NCBI GenBank assembly: GCA_963850425.1
Contig: CAWKLF010000008.1
Span: 154,421 to 218,420 of the forward strand
DNA: 64,000 nucleotides
Origin: an uncultured Acidobacteriota bacterium
GTDB taxonomy: Bacteria; Acidobacteriota; Terriglobia; Terriglobales; Acidobacteriaceae
Direction: 5' to 3'
Notes under the pieces: generated by a model
The model's database searches: none
What the model saw: only the letters and a program-made list of their open reading frames with translations
What the model was told of the DNA's origin: nothing
In this document: positions 39,218-48,468 of the stretch, piece by piece
How the letters are laid out: each line of letters begins with the position of its first letter
How positions within the stretch are numbered: position 1 is the first letter of the stretch
Program-made: the position numbers and the translations under genes

Positions 39218-40583
39218 ATGCTGCGAAGAATACGCACCACCAAAAAACTCGCGCGGCGCATCGATCTCCAGTACTTCAAGCACTCTCATCCGCTCCGACG
39301 ATGGCGATTCTGGCTCTCGGTAGCCGTACCGGTGATCGCAATCGGCTGGCTCCTTACCCAGCGCGCGCAAGGCGGCCAGAAAGCATATTCCAGCGGCCCG
39401 CTCTCGGCTTCCCACGCCGTTTTCACTCAGCAGTGCAGCCTCTGTCACGTGACGCGCAGCTGGAGCATTCTTCAAAGAGGTCACCGACAACGCCTGCCTA
39501 ACTTGCCACGATGGTCCGGTGCACCACGCCAACCAGGTGTTCACGCCTTCCTGCTCATCCTGTCACATCGAACATAAGGGGTCGGCCCGTTTGGCGGTCA
39601 CGTCGACGGCCAGTTGCACCCAATGCCATGCATCCCTTCATACCCGCGACGGTCAGCCACACTTTGCCGTGGCGATCTCCGGTTTCAATCGCACTCACCC
39701 TGAATTCTCTCCGACAACGAAGCACATGACCGACCCCGGCCAGGTGCGCCTCAATCACTACCTGCACATGAAGCCGGAGCTCGTCGGCCCGAACAGCCAG
39801 CGAGTTCAAATGGCTTGCGAGGACTGCCATCGTTTGACCGGAGTCCAGGATCACTTTCCGTATGCGGGTGAGTTGGCTCAAACCACGACCTCGAATGACC
39901 CGAGCATCGCAAAGCTCTCGCTCATTTCCGCCACAATGTCCCCAGTGAGGTTTGCGAACCATTGCGCGGGCTGCCACACGCTCCAGTTCGACGCCCGGTT
40001 TGCAGGGCAGCAAGTGCCGCACGAAAAGCCTGAATTCATCCATGCCTTTCTCGTAAAGCGCTTTCAGGAATACATCGCGGCGAATCCTGCGGCAGTTCAT
40101 CAGATCGAGCCGCCGGGCCGGGGAGTTCCACGGCGTGACCGGCCCGTCCGAATCGCGCGAAATGGTGAGGAATGGGTACAGTTCCGCGTGGATGATGCCG
40201 AATGGCTCCTTTGGACTAAGACCTGCAAGCAATGCCACGCCATCAACTCTGCCGGCAGCGCTTTGCCCGAGATCGTTCCGTCACAAATTCGTTCCCGTTG
40301 GCTGGAGCATGCGACTTTCGATCATCATGCGCACCGCATGATGTCCTGCACCTCCTGTCATGGAAAAGCAATCGAGAGCCATGACACAGCGGATCTCTTA
40401 CTACCCGAAATTGAGACCTGCCGAGAGTGCCACCGTGATCAGGCTGGATCGAAAGAGGTTGCGGAAGGGCGCTGCTTTGAATGTCACCAATATCATGACT
40501 GGAGCAAGGCCCGCAGAACGAAAGGCCGTTTCAGCATTCCTGAGCTCCGCGGAACTGCGCAATTGCAACCTCCGCGGCGTTAG
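39218..40583 (+). pseudogene. Membrane-anchored decaheme cytochrome c, split by an apparent +1 frameshift at ~39450-39470
   Basis: ORF 39218..39577 gives a TM anchor (WRFWLSVAVPVIAIGWLL) plus CSLCH and then degenerates. Frame 0 is open from 39453 and reads RAAGAFFKEVTDNACLTCHDGPVHHANQ..., with no start codon before the GTG at 39519, so the CLTCH motif would be orphaned. ORF 39519..40583 adds CSSCH, CTQCH, CEDCH, CAGCH, CKQCH, CTSCH, CRECH and CFECH. The total is 10 CXXCH. Confidence 0.75.
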
Positions 40584-40608
40584 GCAACCGCCCTCGAATC
40601 TCTCATCG

Positions 40609-43600
40609 TTATTCGCTGGCCTTTTGAGCGCCTGGCGCAGCTGGCGGGTCATCTGTGACCGTGAAAAGATGACCATCGCGTAGATACATTCTCTCCATCT
40701 CTGCCTGATTGAATGGACGCGAGCCGCGCCGGCCAAAAACCGCCAACTGGTTCCCACTCTCATCCACCGCCCGATCGCGATCAATGCCCCTGGAAACTGC
40801 CAGGGCCGCGTCGCGTGTCCTGTAACCAGCAATCCACTTCGGCGTGGGCCTGGGACTGAACCCGCTGAATGCGGGGTTGTCCACCGGAGAGAACAATTGC
40901 ACGACCTGCAGCCCGTTCTTGCCATCGGCGACGTACGCGAACAAGCTCGAACTGACCATACCCAGCTTCACATCGTTCGAGTCCTGCAACCGGCCGCCAG
41001 CGTTAAATATTTGATCCAGCTTTGGTGACTCCGGATGTTCCACGTCAACAATCGCGAGTCCCTTTCGTCCTGCCGCGACGTAAGCATACGTGCGTGCCAC
41101 GTAAAGATTCCGCGCATCGTCGATCGCCACCTGCCCTCCGGGTAGTGGCTTCGGCTGATCAAGAGCGGTCACATCGAGCACCTTTAACCCCTCCCGATCC
41201 ACCACAAACGCATAACGGAATTGAATGGCGATTCCCCGAGGTTCCAGGAGCGCAGGGGGTCCAATCTCTGCAGTGACCTTTGGCTGCAGCGGGTTGTCGA
41301 TATCGACGACGACCAACCCGCGATCACACAAAACGTACGCATAGGTTCCGGCAATCGCGATACGACGCGCGCCGTTCAGGATTCCGTTCGGATTGAATGC
41401 CAGTGCTCTCTTAAGGAAGTTGTTCGCTGGATTCCCATCGAGCAGTGTTCCCACTCCCGGACTCTTGCTCTTAAGGTCTGGATTGCCGACGATCACCAGA
41501 CCCTCATATTTGTCCGCCACGTAAAGAAACCCGTACATCAAGTGAATCGTCTGCTCCTCGTTTTCCTTTCGATGAGACCGCAGCGGGTCCACTCCTAAAG
41601 TGGTCGGACTTGCGACAGCCATCGCATATTTGGTTGGCAGATAAAACCGCTGTCCCAGTGGCGACACGGGAGCCGTCACAACCCGTTCTGAGATGTCCTT
41701 GTTGTCGACATTGGCGATATCAAAGACCCGCAAGCCGCCCTTGCCCATCGCGGCATACAAGTATTCGCCGCGCGCTTGGACGTCCAGAACTTCAGACCCC
41801 GCGTGGTGGTAGGCCTCCCTCAATTTGCCGTCGCCCTCGAGGTGCTTCTTATAGTTCTCGGGATAAGCGATCTTCTGAAAATCGCTGCCCAACACCGCGG
41901 GCGGTTCCTCGTGCTCGGTCACGGCAATTGTTTCAAATCCACTCTTCCCGTCCGCAACGAACACATAACGCCCCATGAAATTCATGAAGCCCGTGCCCTG
42001 CAACAACAGTTGGGCCATCCATGCATTATTGTCGTGGGCTCGCGAGACGTGGCAGTCCGTGCAGCCCTTGGTTTCTCTACCGCGAACGGTGTGCGGCACA
42101 AACGTTGAGAAAGCCTGCCCGCTGAACCCCTCCGCTGAGATCGTTTGCTGCTGGGAGTAGAGCCAGTCGCGATCGCTATTCTGCGAACTCACGACAACCG
42201 CACATGCGGATCGAACCGGCGCAACGCGATGCCCGGTGACCGTCCCGTCGATTCCAAGCGTGTAGATGTCGTCGCGCAATACCTGGAAGTTGTACGAGGT
42301 CCAGTTGCGCGTCGTCAGGCCCTCGTTGTGCAGCATGGGCGTCCGCTGGTTCGCGGTCATCGACAGATGACATCCGTAGCAAGTGGGTGCCCAGGAGGAG
42401 TGACACGCGTAGCACGTCATACGGCTGTTCGCGTGCGCCAGTTCCGACTGATCTGTGGGAACTTCTCCCCACGACACTCCATCCTGCTGGATGGTCTTCG
42501 CCAGCCGCGACTTCTCGCTGTAGTGTTGGTTGCCGGGCGTGATCGTATCGACAACCTGCACGACCTCCCATTCCGTATGCTCGTCGAGCATCGACCGCTG
42601 GTAGAGATGATCTTCTTTCCAGTAGAAACGGCGCTCTTTCCAGGGCGTTCGCAATGCAGCCAGGTTCGTTCCGTGCTCGGGAGCCGCTATGCCCGAAGTG
42701 ATCAACGTCGACTTCTGCTGCACGGTGCCATGGCAATCCACACAATCGATCTCAACCGCGTTCCGCGTCTCCCCATAAAGCTTGCCGTTGCCATGGCTGT
42801 CCTGTTCAAAATGGCAATCGATGCAGTGCATGCCCTTTTCAAGATGAATGTCCTTGAGATGGACAGCCTTGTTAAATTTCTCCGCATCATTGAACGCGAC
42901 CGGCTTGTCTTCGCTGTCCAGCAGCGTACCCTTGCGATCGTGCTTGAAGGCCGCGCGGAAAATCCAGCCGTGGCTGTGGAAGTCGGCAAACTGTGTGTGC
43001 TCGAGTTTCTTGTTGAACTCGGGCGTCCCGGTTTTTTCTAGAAAATTCACGTCGGACCACAGTCCGCGCACCGCCGACCCCTCAGGATTGCGAGCTTCAA
43101 TCCGGCTGCGTTCCTCTGCCTTCGGGTGCCTTTGTTGCATGGGCCACATGTACTTCCCGTCCATTTCGTTGTCCCACCACGTATAACCGAAGTACGTCGC
43201 TACCATGTTCGTGCCCGGATGGATGTGACAAACCATGCACTGGCTGGACGGAATGGACCGTGTGAACTGGTGGCGAATCGGATGGCCAGATTCGCCGTGC
43301 GGAATGGTAGGATCCTGCGTCGCGCTCTGCCCCAGGTTGCCGTACTCCGCGGATGAGCCGGAATGATCCTTGGATCGATCGTTCGCATAGACCACGTGGC
43401 ATCCGCTGCAGCCGCTGGCGCGATAGTCCCCTGGATGATCGTTCGTCCCGGGAAACGACAGCAGTGGATCGAGCAGTCGAGTCTTCTGCAGCCCGAGAAA
43501 TACTGGATCTGTCCGCAACTCGGTACCGAATCCGCGCTCGCTGAGCTTGATTTCCGGCTTCCCCGGATCTTCTTCTAAATCAGGATTCCCGATCTCCGCG

Positions 43601-44355
43601 CGCTTCCGTCCGCCGCGTTCAAACACGCGCAACACATTCCCCGGTTGTGAAACCTCCCATCGTTGCAGCGGTTCGAGGAAGGGCAAAACACCTTTTTTCT
43701 CGATCTCTTCAGCCGTAGGAGCTGGAAACGTCATAAGCCGCCGCGGTCGCCCATCTTTCCCGTAGCTCTCGCCGAATTGTGGAGACTTCAATGGAAACGC
43801 ACCGTTGTTGTAAAGCGCTGCTCCCCACAGCATGGCGCCATGAGTCATCATGCTGGTCTGCACCTTGCGGACCTCCGCCGAATGACACCCGCTAAGCCCG
43901 CAAGTCTTTTCTGCAACGCGAAGATCGCCAGGGTTCACAAAGCGCACATAGTCCCAATCCTCCCGTAGCCACTCGGTGTAGGCGCGCTCGGGATTAGCCG
44001 GCGATGAAAGCAAAATCCTGGGCTGAGGATGGGCTCGCTTCTTGTCTCGTTCGTACTCGGCCGACTTGGGACTCCCTCCCTGGCTCACATGAATCTCAGC
44101 ATTGCCTCCGTGACAATCGATGCACCCCAGTCGCACCGTTCCCGTCGAATGCATAGTCGCGCTGTCGGTTGAGGTATGGCAGGTCACACATCCGCTGGAT
44201 TTGCGATCCGCATCCGCCTGCGACTGCTGCAACAGAATGTTCTCGGGAGGAGGCTGCGATTGAGCGTGTCCCAAAGAGCACGCCGTAGCCAGGGCGCAAT
44301 GCAACAAGGCGAGAACAATTATTTTCAAAGTTCGCGAAGCGGCGCTCAGGGACAC
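40609..44355 (-). CDS. Large secreted multiheme cytochrome c (9 CXXCH + 1 CX4CH) fused to a C-terminal LVIVD-repeat beta-propeller
   Basis: The ORF track runs to 44805, but that overlaps the upstream gene (stop at 44555). I favour the GTG at 44355, giving [31 protein letters not shown]|QS as a signal peptide. The start is uncertain (alternatives 44499 and 44550). Heme motifs are CVTCH, CIDCH, CGLSGCH, CSGCH, CMVCH, CIDCH, CVDCH, CYACH, CYGCH and CTDCH. The last ~480 aa carry repeats such as [47 protein letters not shown] and NGLQVVQL. Confidence 0.75.
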   Translation of the reverse strand: MSLSAASRTLKIIVLALLHCALATACSLGHAQSQPPPENILLQQSQADADRKSSGCVTCHTSTDSATMHSTGTVRLGCIDCHGGNAEIHVSQGGSPKSAEYERDKKRAHPQPRILLSSPANPERAYTEWLREDWDYVRFVNPGDLRVAEKTCGLSGCHSAEVRKVQTSMMTHGAMLWGAALYNNGAFPLKSPQFGESYGKDGRPRRLMTFPAPTAEEIEKKGVLPFLEPLQRWEVSQPGNVLRVFERGGRKRAEIGNPDLEEDPGKPEIKLSERGFGTELRTDPVFLGLQKTRLLDPLLSFPGTNDHPGDYRASGCSGCHVVYANDRSKDHSGSSAEYGNLGQSATQDPTIPHGESGHPIRHQFTRSIPSSQCMVCHIHPGTNMVATYFGYTWWDNEMDGKYMWPMQQRHPKAEERSRIEARNPEGSAVRGLWSDVNFLEKTGTPEFNKKLEHTQFADFHSHGWIFRAAFKHDRKGTLLDSEDKPVAFNDAEKFNKAVHLKDIHLEKGMHCIDCHFEQDSHGNGKLYGETRNAVEIDCVDCHGTVQQKSTLITSGIAAPEHGTNLAALRTPWKERRFYWKEDHLYQRSMLDEHTEWEVVQVVDTITPGNQHYSEKSRLAKTIQQDGVSWGEVPTDQSELAHANSRMTCYACHSSWAPTCYGCHLSMTANQRTPMLHNEGLTTRNWTSYNFQVLRDDIYTLGIDGTVTGHRVAPVRSACAVVVSSQNSDRDWLYSQQQTISAEGFSGQAFSTFVPHTVRGRETKGCTDCHVSRAHDNNAWMAQLLLQGTGFMNFMGRYVFVADGKSGFETIAVTEHEEPPAVLGSDFQKIAYPENYKKHLEGDGKLREAYHHAGSEVLDVQARGEYLYAAMGKGGLRVFDIANVDNKDISERVVTAPVSPLGQRFYLPTKYAMAVASPTTLGVDPLRSHRKENEEQTIHLMYGFLYVADKYEGLVIVGNPDLKSKSPGVGTLLDGNPANNFLKRALAFNPNGILNGARRIAIAGTYAYVLCDRGLVVVDIDNPLQPKVTAEIGPPALLEPRGIAIQFRYAFVVDREGLKVLDVTALDQPKPLPGGQVAIDDARNLYVARTYAYVAAGRKGLAIVDVEHPESPKLDQIFNAGGRLQDSNDVKLGMVSSSLFAYVADGKNGLQVVQLFSPVDNPAFSGFSPRPTPKWIAGYRTRDAALAVSRGIDRDRAVDESGNQLAVFGRRGSRPFNQAEMERMYLRDGHLFTVTDDPPAAPGAQKASE

Positions 44356-44554
44356 ATTTTGGTTCAAGCACTTCTTCTCGCCCTTTGCGCATTCCTTAGC
44401 TTCCTTTGCCGTCAAGAGCTTTTTGTCCACGCCCGATGCGGAACCATTGAACGTCGCAGCCCCAGCGGACGAACTCCAGCCATTTACTCCGCCGAACATG
44501 ACGCGGAACGATATTCTTGCCGCGGTCCTCTTGATCAGTGCGTGGACCATATTC

Positions 44555-46772
44555 CTAAAATTGAAATCGAACATTCCCGAACAACGAGAACAGCGTCTGA
44601 CCGTTGTAGATTTGCTTAAGGCCTTCGGCTGGAACCAGTGCAGATGCCCCGCCTCGCACAACAATGTTCTCCGACAGAGGTGGCCGGTATTCAACCCCGA
44701 CTCCACAATCTGTTCCAATGCCGTGCTCGATCGGCCTCTGGAACAGCACCAATTCCAACGGTTCTGTCCGATCAAAACGCAAGTAGCTTGTGTTGGCGAA
44801 GGCACGCAACTTGGGCGTGAGATTAAAGTCAGCTCCCAGATTGAACACCATCACCCCAGGGTTGACGAAGTTGGCTTGCCCCTCTTCTTTATTGGAGCGC
44901 AAGTTCGGCAACAAACTTATGGGTGTGGTCAGCGCCAGGCCGGTCCCCGTCAACCGAATACCTTCGCTGTTCCAGAAGCTGAAGTCAGAGCCGCCGAAAT
45001 GCGTGTCGTCAACAATGGAGTCGAACGCGTGAGCCGTACCGTCAGTCCGGGCCGCGCCTGACCGGTTGCTCGAGTCGCCCGACGCATAGAAAAACGAGGC
45101 GCGGTATCGTGCCCAATCTTTGTCGATCGAAAGCTCGACGGCTCCCATGCGCGCGTTGATATCGACTCGACGACCGGCAAGCGTGTTGAAGTCGTCATGA
45201 CCCAGCGCCTGGTAGAACGCATGGCTGACATTCAGACGTCCGATGTGGCCGTTGCTGGCCCATCCCACGTAATAGGCTCGAATCGGGTGTGTACGAATTG
45301 TCCCGTTCACGACTGCCCCAATCGGAGCGGGCCGCACCAGGAAGCCGTTGTCGTCAAAGTGCACACCACCATCGTCGCGGTTGTAGTGGAAACTGAACTC
45401 GGTCGTGTACCCCTTGGCCAGGAAATCCTGCACGTAAACGTTGGCGACGTAGACTTGCTGATCCCGCTTTTGAAAGGTATTGAGCCCGCTGTTTGTGTTC
45501 TTCTCGAGAAAGTAGAACCACGCCAGGTTGTAAGCAATCCGGTTCGAGCGCAGATTTCCAAAAATACGAATGCCCGGCTGTTCTTCGGAAAATAGAAACC
45601 CACGGAAATCGCTCGTGAATTGCTGAATCCCTGCTCGAATCGAAACAAAATCGTAGTTTGGACTCAGGTCGCGCAACTTTGCTTCGACAAACGCCTCCTG
45701 CACCCCCACATGAGCATCGAAGCGATCCGTTCCCTTGCGCGGATCGATGTTGACGATTCCCCGTTCGCGCGCCTGCAGGAAATTCAAATTGACTTCCGGC
45801 GTAAAGCGAAACCGCAGATCCGCCGGCCGAAAGCTGGTGTCGCCTCGAAACAGGTCGAGCGAGAAACGCAAAGTTTCCGACGCAAGAAGCTTGTTCTCCC
45901 CGCCCAAAAAATCCGCTGCTGCCCGGATTCGCAGTGTCCACTCCGCTCGGTACCGGCAGCCGTCTCAAGTCCACGCCGGTCTGGCTCCTTCCAGTCACAT
46001 TCAGAAACCAGCGCTGCCCGAAAATCGGATAGTCTCCTTTGAGCTTGTTGCGGTTGAAAGGGTCATACCAGCGACCCTTCACATAAGGCGCGTCCGACTG
46101 GGTTTCATAGCGGCGCCACTCGGGCATCGCGACGTCCCAACGGTCGGGAGCCGGTTCAAAGTTCGCAGAGTCGGGCGGAAGGGACTCGGTTGGCTGGAGG
46201 GACGCCGATTTCTCGGGTGCAGGATTTCTAAGGCCTGGATACGCACTCCCTTGGGGTGTCGGGCCAGCGGGTATCCGCGAGCCTCCGGGCACTCCGGAAA
46301 CGCCTTTCGGTGGAGTGGCCGTCGTCCCTAAAGCCTTGATCTTCAACTCCAACACGACCAGACCGGCGGCACTCACTTGCACGCGTTCCACCACCAGAGG
46401 CTCGTATCCCTCGCGCACTGTGCGAAGTTCATACGCATCGAGGGGCACATCCCGCAGGCGAAAAATTCCCTCTGCATCCGTCGTAGTTTCAAAACTTGAT
46501 CCGTTCGATAGTGAACGAATCTTCAGCGCAACGCCGGGAACAGCGCGATCCTCTTCGTCGCGCACCCGCCCTTGCAAGCTGGCCTTCGCCGGAGTGGAGC
46601 GCTCCGGAATGCGACGCGCCGGCGGAAGCTGGGCCGTCGAATAGTCGGGTTGTTGCCCGAGCACAGTGCCCAAGCCTGCCAGGGACACGCATACCATTCG
46701 CAGTGACCACACTCCGATTCGCGCCCCAAGCCTTTGGGGCACACGCCCGCCCATCCGCACTTGTCCCACCAT
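44555..46772 (-). pseudogene. Outer-membrane beta-barrel protein with an N-terminal carboxypeptidase-regulatory-like domain, split by an apparent frameshift at the A6/T6 run 45906-45911
   Basis: ORF 45354..46772 is meaningful up to ...NPGSSGFFGRGEQ and then becomes Arg-rich nonsense. It includes a signal peptide and a QGRVRDEEDRAVPGVALKIRSLSNGSSFETTTDAEGIFRLRDVP CarbopepD_reg-like domain. ORF 44555..45907 continues in the other frame (GGENKLLASETLRFSLDLF...) as alternating-pattern beta strands ending ...LFGNVRFQF, with the C-terminal Phe typical of OMPs. Confidence 0.7.
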
Positions 46773-46918
46773 CCCGTTTGCAATGATGTTTCTTTTGGTA
46801 CCACAGCGCTATCGTGGGTACAAGATAACTGCGTGGCAGGACTTTGGTTTGTCAACGGTACCGACTATCGAAACAGACGCTAGCCGCGTGCTTGCTAAAC
46901 TTTTCTCAACCCACAAGG

Positions 46919-48466
46919 ATGAGCACTCCTATGCCTCAAGAAGCGAAATCAGAAGCTACTGAGCGAATCGGGCGCCCCGGCGACCCATGCGTCATGGTGA
47001 TTTTTGGCGCTTCGGGCGACCTTACTCGCCGCAAGCTGATTCCCGCTCTCTATAATCTGGGAAAAAATCATCTGCTGTCCCAGGAATTTGCGGTCGTCGG
47101 CGTTGCCAAGGATGCGATGTCCACCGACGATTTCCGCGCCAAGCTCAAGCAGGACCTCCAGCAATTCGCCGACGTGGAACTCGATGTCAAGCTGGAAGAG
47201 TGGTTCCAGAGCCGCATGTATTACCTTACCGGCGAATTCGGCAACGCGCAGACGTTCCAGCAACTGAAAGACCTGCTGGCGAAGATGGATACCGATCACG
47301 GCACCCATCAGAACTATTTTTATTATCTCGCGATCTCCCCCGACTTCTTTGGACCTGTAGTCGAGCAACTGAGCTCCGCCGGCTTGATGTCCGAAGAAAA
47401 TCAGCACTGGCGCCGCGTCATCGTCGAAAAGCCCTTTGGTCGCGATCTCGAATCCGCCAAGGCTCTGAACAAGCAACTCCTCAGCGTCGTCAGCGAGTCG
47501 CAAATCTACCGTATCGATCACTACCTGGGAAAAGAAACAGTTCAGAACATCATGGCGTTCCGTTTCGCCAATGGCATCTTCGAGCCCATCTGGAACCGCC
47601 GCTACATCGATCACGTCCAGATTTCCGTGGCGGAAACGGTTGGGGTCGAGCAGCGCGGCGGTTACTACGACCATGCTGGCGCGCTGCGCGATATGGTGCC
47701 AAACCACATCATGCAGCTCATCAGCCTCACGGCCATGGAACCTCCCATCTCGTTCCAGGCCGACGCCGTGCGCGACGAGCAGGCCAAGATCCTCCACGCC
47801 ATCCAGCCCTTAAGCGCCGAAGACGTTCTTAGCCGCACAGTTCGCGGCCAGTATGGCGATGGCGAACTCCTCGGACAACATGTTCCCGGCTATCGCTCCG
47901 AGGCTGGCGTGCCCCCCGACTCACGAACTGAAACGTACGTGGCCATCAAGCTGCAGATCGACAACTGGCGCTGGGCCGGAGTTCCTTTTTACGTGCGCAC
48001 CGGCAAGCGCATGCCCGCGCGCAGCACGCAGATCGTAATCCAGTTCCGCCAGGCTCCCTTCGTGTTGTTCCGAGACACCAGTGTCGAAAACCTCATGCCC
48101 AATCAACTGGTGCTCCACATTCAGCCGGAGGAAGGTATCTCGCTGCGGTTCGCAGCCAAAACTCCCGGCCCGGTCATGCGCTTGGGGACGGTCGACATGG
48201 ACTTCAATTACACCGACTACTTCGGCAAACAGATTAGTACCGGCTACGAGCGCCTGCTGCATGACTGCATGGTGGGCGACGCGACATTATTCCAGCGCGC
48301 CGACATGGTAGAAGCGGGCTGGAGCGTCGTAAGTCCGATTCTCGATGTGTGGAAAGCTCTACCCCCGCGCAGCTTCCCCAATTACGCAGCCGGCACCTGG
48401 GGGCCCAAAGAAGCTGAAGCGCTTCTTGAGCACGACGGCCGCCATTGGCGGAATTTTGAGAAGTAG
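46919..48466 (+). CDS. zwf: Glucose-6-phosphate 1-dehydrogenase
   Basis: Start placed at ATG 46919 after AAGGA. Has [28 protein letters not shown] and VEKPFGRDL. Confidence 0.9.
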   Translation: MSTPMPQEAKSEATERIGRPGDPCVMVIFGASGDLTRRKLIPALYNLGKNHLLSQEFAVVGVAKDAMSTDDFRAKLKQDLQQFADVELDVKLEEWFQSRMYYLTGEFGNAQTFQQLKDLLAKMDTDHGTHQNYFYYLAISPDFFGPVVEQLSSAGLMSEENQHWRRVIVEKPFGRDLESAKALNKQLLSVVSESQIYRIDHYLGKETVQNIMAFRFANGIFEPIWNRRYIDHVQISVAETVGVEQRGGYYDHAGALRDMVPNHIMQLISLTAMEPPISFQADAVRDEQAKILHAIQPLSAEDVLSRTVRGQYGDGELLGQHVPGYRSEAGVPPDSRTETYVAIKLQIDNWRWAGVPFYVRTGKRMPARSTQIVIQFRQAPFVLFRDTSVENLMPNQLVLHIQPEEGISLRFAAKTPGPVMRLGTVDMDFNYTDYFGKQISTGYERLLHDCMVGDATLFQRADMVEAGWSVVSPILDVWKALPPRSFPNYAAGTWGPKEAEALLEHDGRHWRNFEK

Positions 48467-48468
48467 GA

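Noticed and set aside
40584-40608. Looked for a shared terminator between the two convergent redox operons.
   Set aside because: There are only 25 nt between the stop codons and no stable hairpin is visible. Termination signals, if any, must lie inside the opposing coding regions.
44356-44805. The N-terminal 150 codons of the 1398-aa ORF ([17 protein letters not shown]...).
   Set aside because: This stretch overlaps the 3' end of the upstream barrel gene (stop at 44555), has no signal-peptide character and is Cys/Arg-rich. A GTG at 44355 yields a proper signal peptide. The true start remains uncertain.
46790-46870. Repeated GGTACC/GGGTAC motifs and the imperfect inverted repeat GGTACCAC...GTGGGTAC between the barrel gene and zwf; considered as an operator.
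   Set aside because: The arms are imperfect (one extra base) and short. Without comparative data this is not distinguishable from chance.
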